DNA from: an uncultured Eubacteriales bacterium
GTDB taxonomy: Bacteria > Bacillota_I > Bacilli_A > RFN20 > CAG-288
Direction: 5' to 3'
Length of the DNA: 64,000 nt
NCBI GenBank assembly: GCA_900316035.1
Contig: ONBI01000010.1
Location: 9,683 to 73,682 of the forward strand
A program made the position numbers and the translations under genes. The stretch's first letter is position 1; every line of letters starts with the position of its first letter. Of this stretch, positions 62,604-64,000 are shown one piece after another. A model generated the notes under the pieces. That model ran no database searches. It had not been told where the DNA came from and worked only from the letters and a program-made list of their open reading frames with translations.

Positions 62604-64000
62604 TTATTTTGTTTTGAAGTCCGTGTTTCCATCCGAGAAAGGCATATTTATCTCAGGGTGTGTATATTTCGTGTGATAAGTAGCAGGAGAAGGGAACCCG
62701 ACTCTTCCGATTGCCTTTGTCTCAACGTAAGTCCTCGACTTCTTGAAAGCCTGGGGTATGCTCTCCTTCTGAATAGAGGTCTTCGAAGAAGGAGCCGTGT
62801 TCTTGGCGCAGAAATCGGTTGCTTCATGAATGAGCATTGCGCCACGGCAAAGAGAGGTTGTTACATCCTGAACCTTGCCGTCACGGAGATTATCTCGAAT
62901 CGCCATGAGAGTACCTAATGCAAGAACAAAGCCAGGCATATAGTCAAGCGGTACGCCGTTCAGATTGACCGGGTTCTCCCTCGAACCGTTTCGAATGGAT
63001 AGGCCAGTGATATCTTCGGCTAAAGGCGCCCAACCCGGACGCGTCTTCCACGCAGTATCCGAGAAACACATCAGGTTCGAATAGATGATATTCGGATTGA
63101 TTTCTCTTATCTCTTTTAAGGAGAGACCGAACTTATCAAAGCAGCCGTTCTGATAGGAATAAGTAATGATATCGGCTTCTTTGATCAGCTCCTTCATCTT
63201 TTCCAAATCTTCTTTCTTATTGAGGTCAAGCTGAATTGAGTTCTTTCCTTCCCAGCCATCTAACTCCAGCATCGCCTCTTCCTGATGGAGATAATCGCCT
63301 CTTCTCACCATCAATACATCCGCTCCGTATTCGGCTAAGATTCTGGAGCAGGCAGGGCCGGCGATGATATGTGTGAGATCTAAAACCTTGATTCCGGAAA
63401 GAGGGCCTCTGGAAAGATCCTTGCTTAACTCCATCTTATGATTGCCTTCTTCCGTAAAGCGGATCAAAGGCATATCTTTCAAAGCTTTTCCGACTTCGCC
63501 TTCTTCGAATTCTTCTCTGGTTCTTAAAACACAGGCAGCGGCACCACAGGAGAAGGCCCGCTCTTCCAATTCATGGGAATCCAATTTCGAGATGACCTTG
63601 GCAAGATATTTCCGGTCTCTTCCAGTGGATGTGAGAGTGAACTTCTCACTCGGCTTATTGAGTTTCAGTTCCTCGACAAGTTTTCTTTGTTCCGACTGGT
63701 TATAGACATGGAAAGAAATATAGCGATTATCCTTGGTCTTATATTTATAGAAGGAACCATTCAAAGCATTATCCACCAAGATGGCCGAATGAAGACGGGA
63801 TTTCTTAAAGGCTTTGTTGCCGGTGTAGTTAGCCATATACAGGCGGATAGCCTGCATACCGCTATAAGCAATATCCGTGTAAATGCGTTCTCCTTTTAAA
63901 TCGGCACCACGTAGTTCACCGATCTCACTAGCAACTTCCGCACAGAGAGAAAGGACGGCAGCAATGACCGGAGTCTGTAAGACCTTCTCCGGTTGATAGA
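62604..64000 (-). CDS. Family III CoA-transferase (CaiB/BaiF-like), 5' end beyond the window
   Basis: The track starts at an internal Met (63857). I translated 63858-64000 and found it open in the same frame (...YQPEKVLQTPVIAAVLSLCAEVASEIGELRG...). Hallmark PLSGIKVLDLTHIIAGPACSRILAEYGADVLMV and NPNIIYSNLMCFS. Confidence 0.8.
   Translation of the reverse strand, partial: YQPEKVLQTPVIAAVLSLCAEVASEIGELRGADLKGERIYTDIAYSGMQAIRLYMANYTGNKAFKKSRLHSAILVDNALNGSFYKYKTKDNRYISFHVYNQSEQRKLVEELKLNKPSEKFTLTSTGRDRKYLAKVISKLDSHELEERAFSCGAAACVLRTREEFEEGEVGKALKDMPLIRFTEEGNHKMELSKDLSRGPLSGIKVLDLTHIIAGPACSRILAEYGADVLMVRRGDYLHQEEAMLELDGWEGKNSIQLDLNKKEDLEKMKELIKEADIITYSYQNGCFDKFGLSLKEIREINPNIIYSNLMCFSDTAWKTRPGWAPLAEDITGLSIRNGSRENPVNLNGVPLDYMPGFVLALGTLMAIRDNLRDGKVQDVTTSLCRGAMLIHEATDFCAKNTAPSSKTSIQKESIPQAFKKSRTYVETKAIGRVGFPSPATYHTKYTHPEINMPFSDGNTDFKTK

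Noticed and set aside
1-64000. Alternative genetic code (Mollicutes code 4, TGA=Trp), considered because PotA and PotD look Mollicutes-like.
   Set aside because: TGA terminates several well-delimited genes (RimK-like at 2749-2751, Y-family polymerase at 11905-11907, lipoprotein B at 33712-33714, ezrA, nrnA). Long conserved ORFs contain no in-frame TGA. The standard bacterial code fits.
1-64000. I scanned for CRISPR arrays, IS elements or transposases, prophage genes, toxin-antitoxin pairs and known defence modules.
   Set aside because: I saw no spaced direct repeats, no terminal inverted repeats flanking ORFs and no integrase, recombinase or transposase motifs. The only helicase-nuclease pair is the housekeeping-type AddAB.

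Overview
This 64-kb window is a mostly housekeeping chromosomal segment of a low-GC Gram-positive bacterium (Bacillota). It uses the standard genetic code: TGA is a stop at several well-defined gene ends. I call about 53 protein genes and one tRNA-Arg(UCG). The two genes at the window edges, ileS and a CoA-transferase, are truncated and absent or incomplete in the ORF track. I see no rRNA, CRISPR array, transposase, integrase, phage module or recognisable defence system. Classic Bacillota syntenies are present: rpsF-ssb-rpsR, infC-rpmI-rplT behind an L20-type attenuator leader, ezrA-cysteine desulfurase-thiI, polA-mutM-coaE and rlmB-sigH-like. Other content:
- potABCD polyamine importer
- Y-family polymerase with a YolD-like gene
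- AddAB
- a heterodimeric ABC exporter
- rubrerythrin
- a CcpA-like regulator
- the ychF-ispF-argS-rpoE-nrnA-cysQ gene string

The enlarged PotA and PotD suggest an Erysipelotrichia or Mollicutes-related lineage, but that is inference only. I do not find a compelling self-contained novel system. The best candidates for follow-up are:
1. A tandem pair of large paralogous lipoproteins of unknown family next to the tRNA-Arg gene.
2. A two-gene MgtE operon whose first member carries an intact N-terminal HAD phosphatase domain and has no M-box.
3. A direct MutM(Fpg)-CoaE fusion at the end of a translationally coupled dnaE-polA operon.
4. A recurring '-10 box, 6-9 nt, ATG, no SD' layout at seven genes, which suggests leaderless mRNAs.
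5. A short AddB lacking a Walker A motif, and an SRAP protein lacking the motif histidine.
6. A CoA-transferase ORF that appears to contain more than one family-III module.

All family assignments come from motifs read by eye. No database search was possible.
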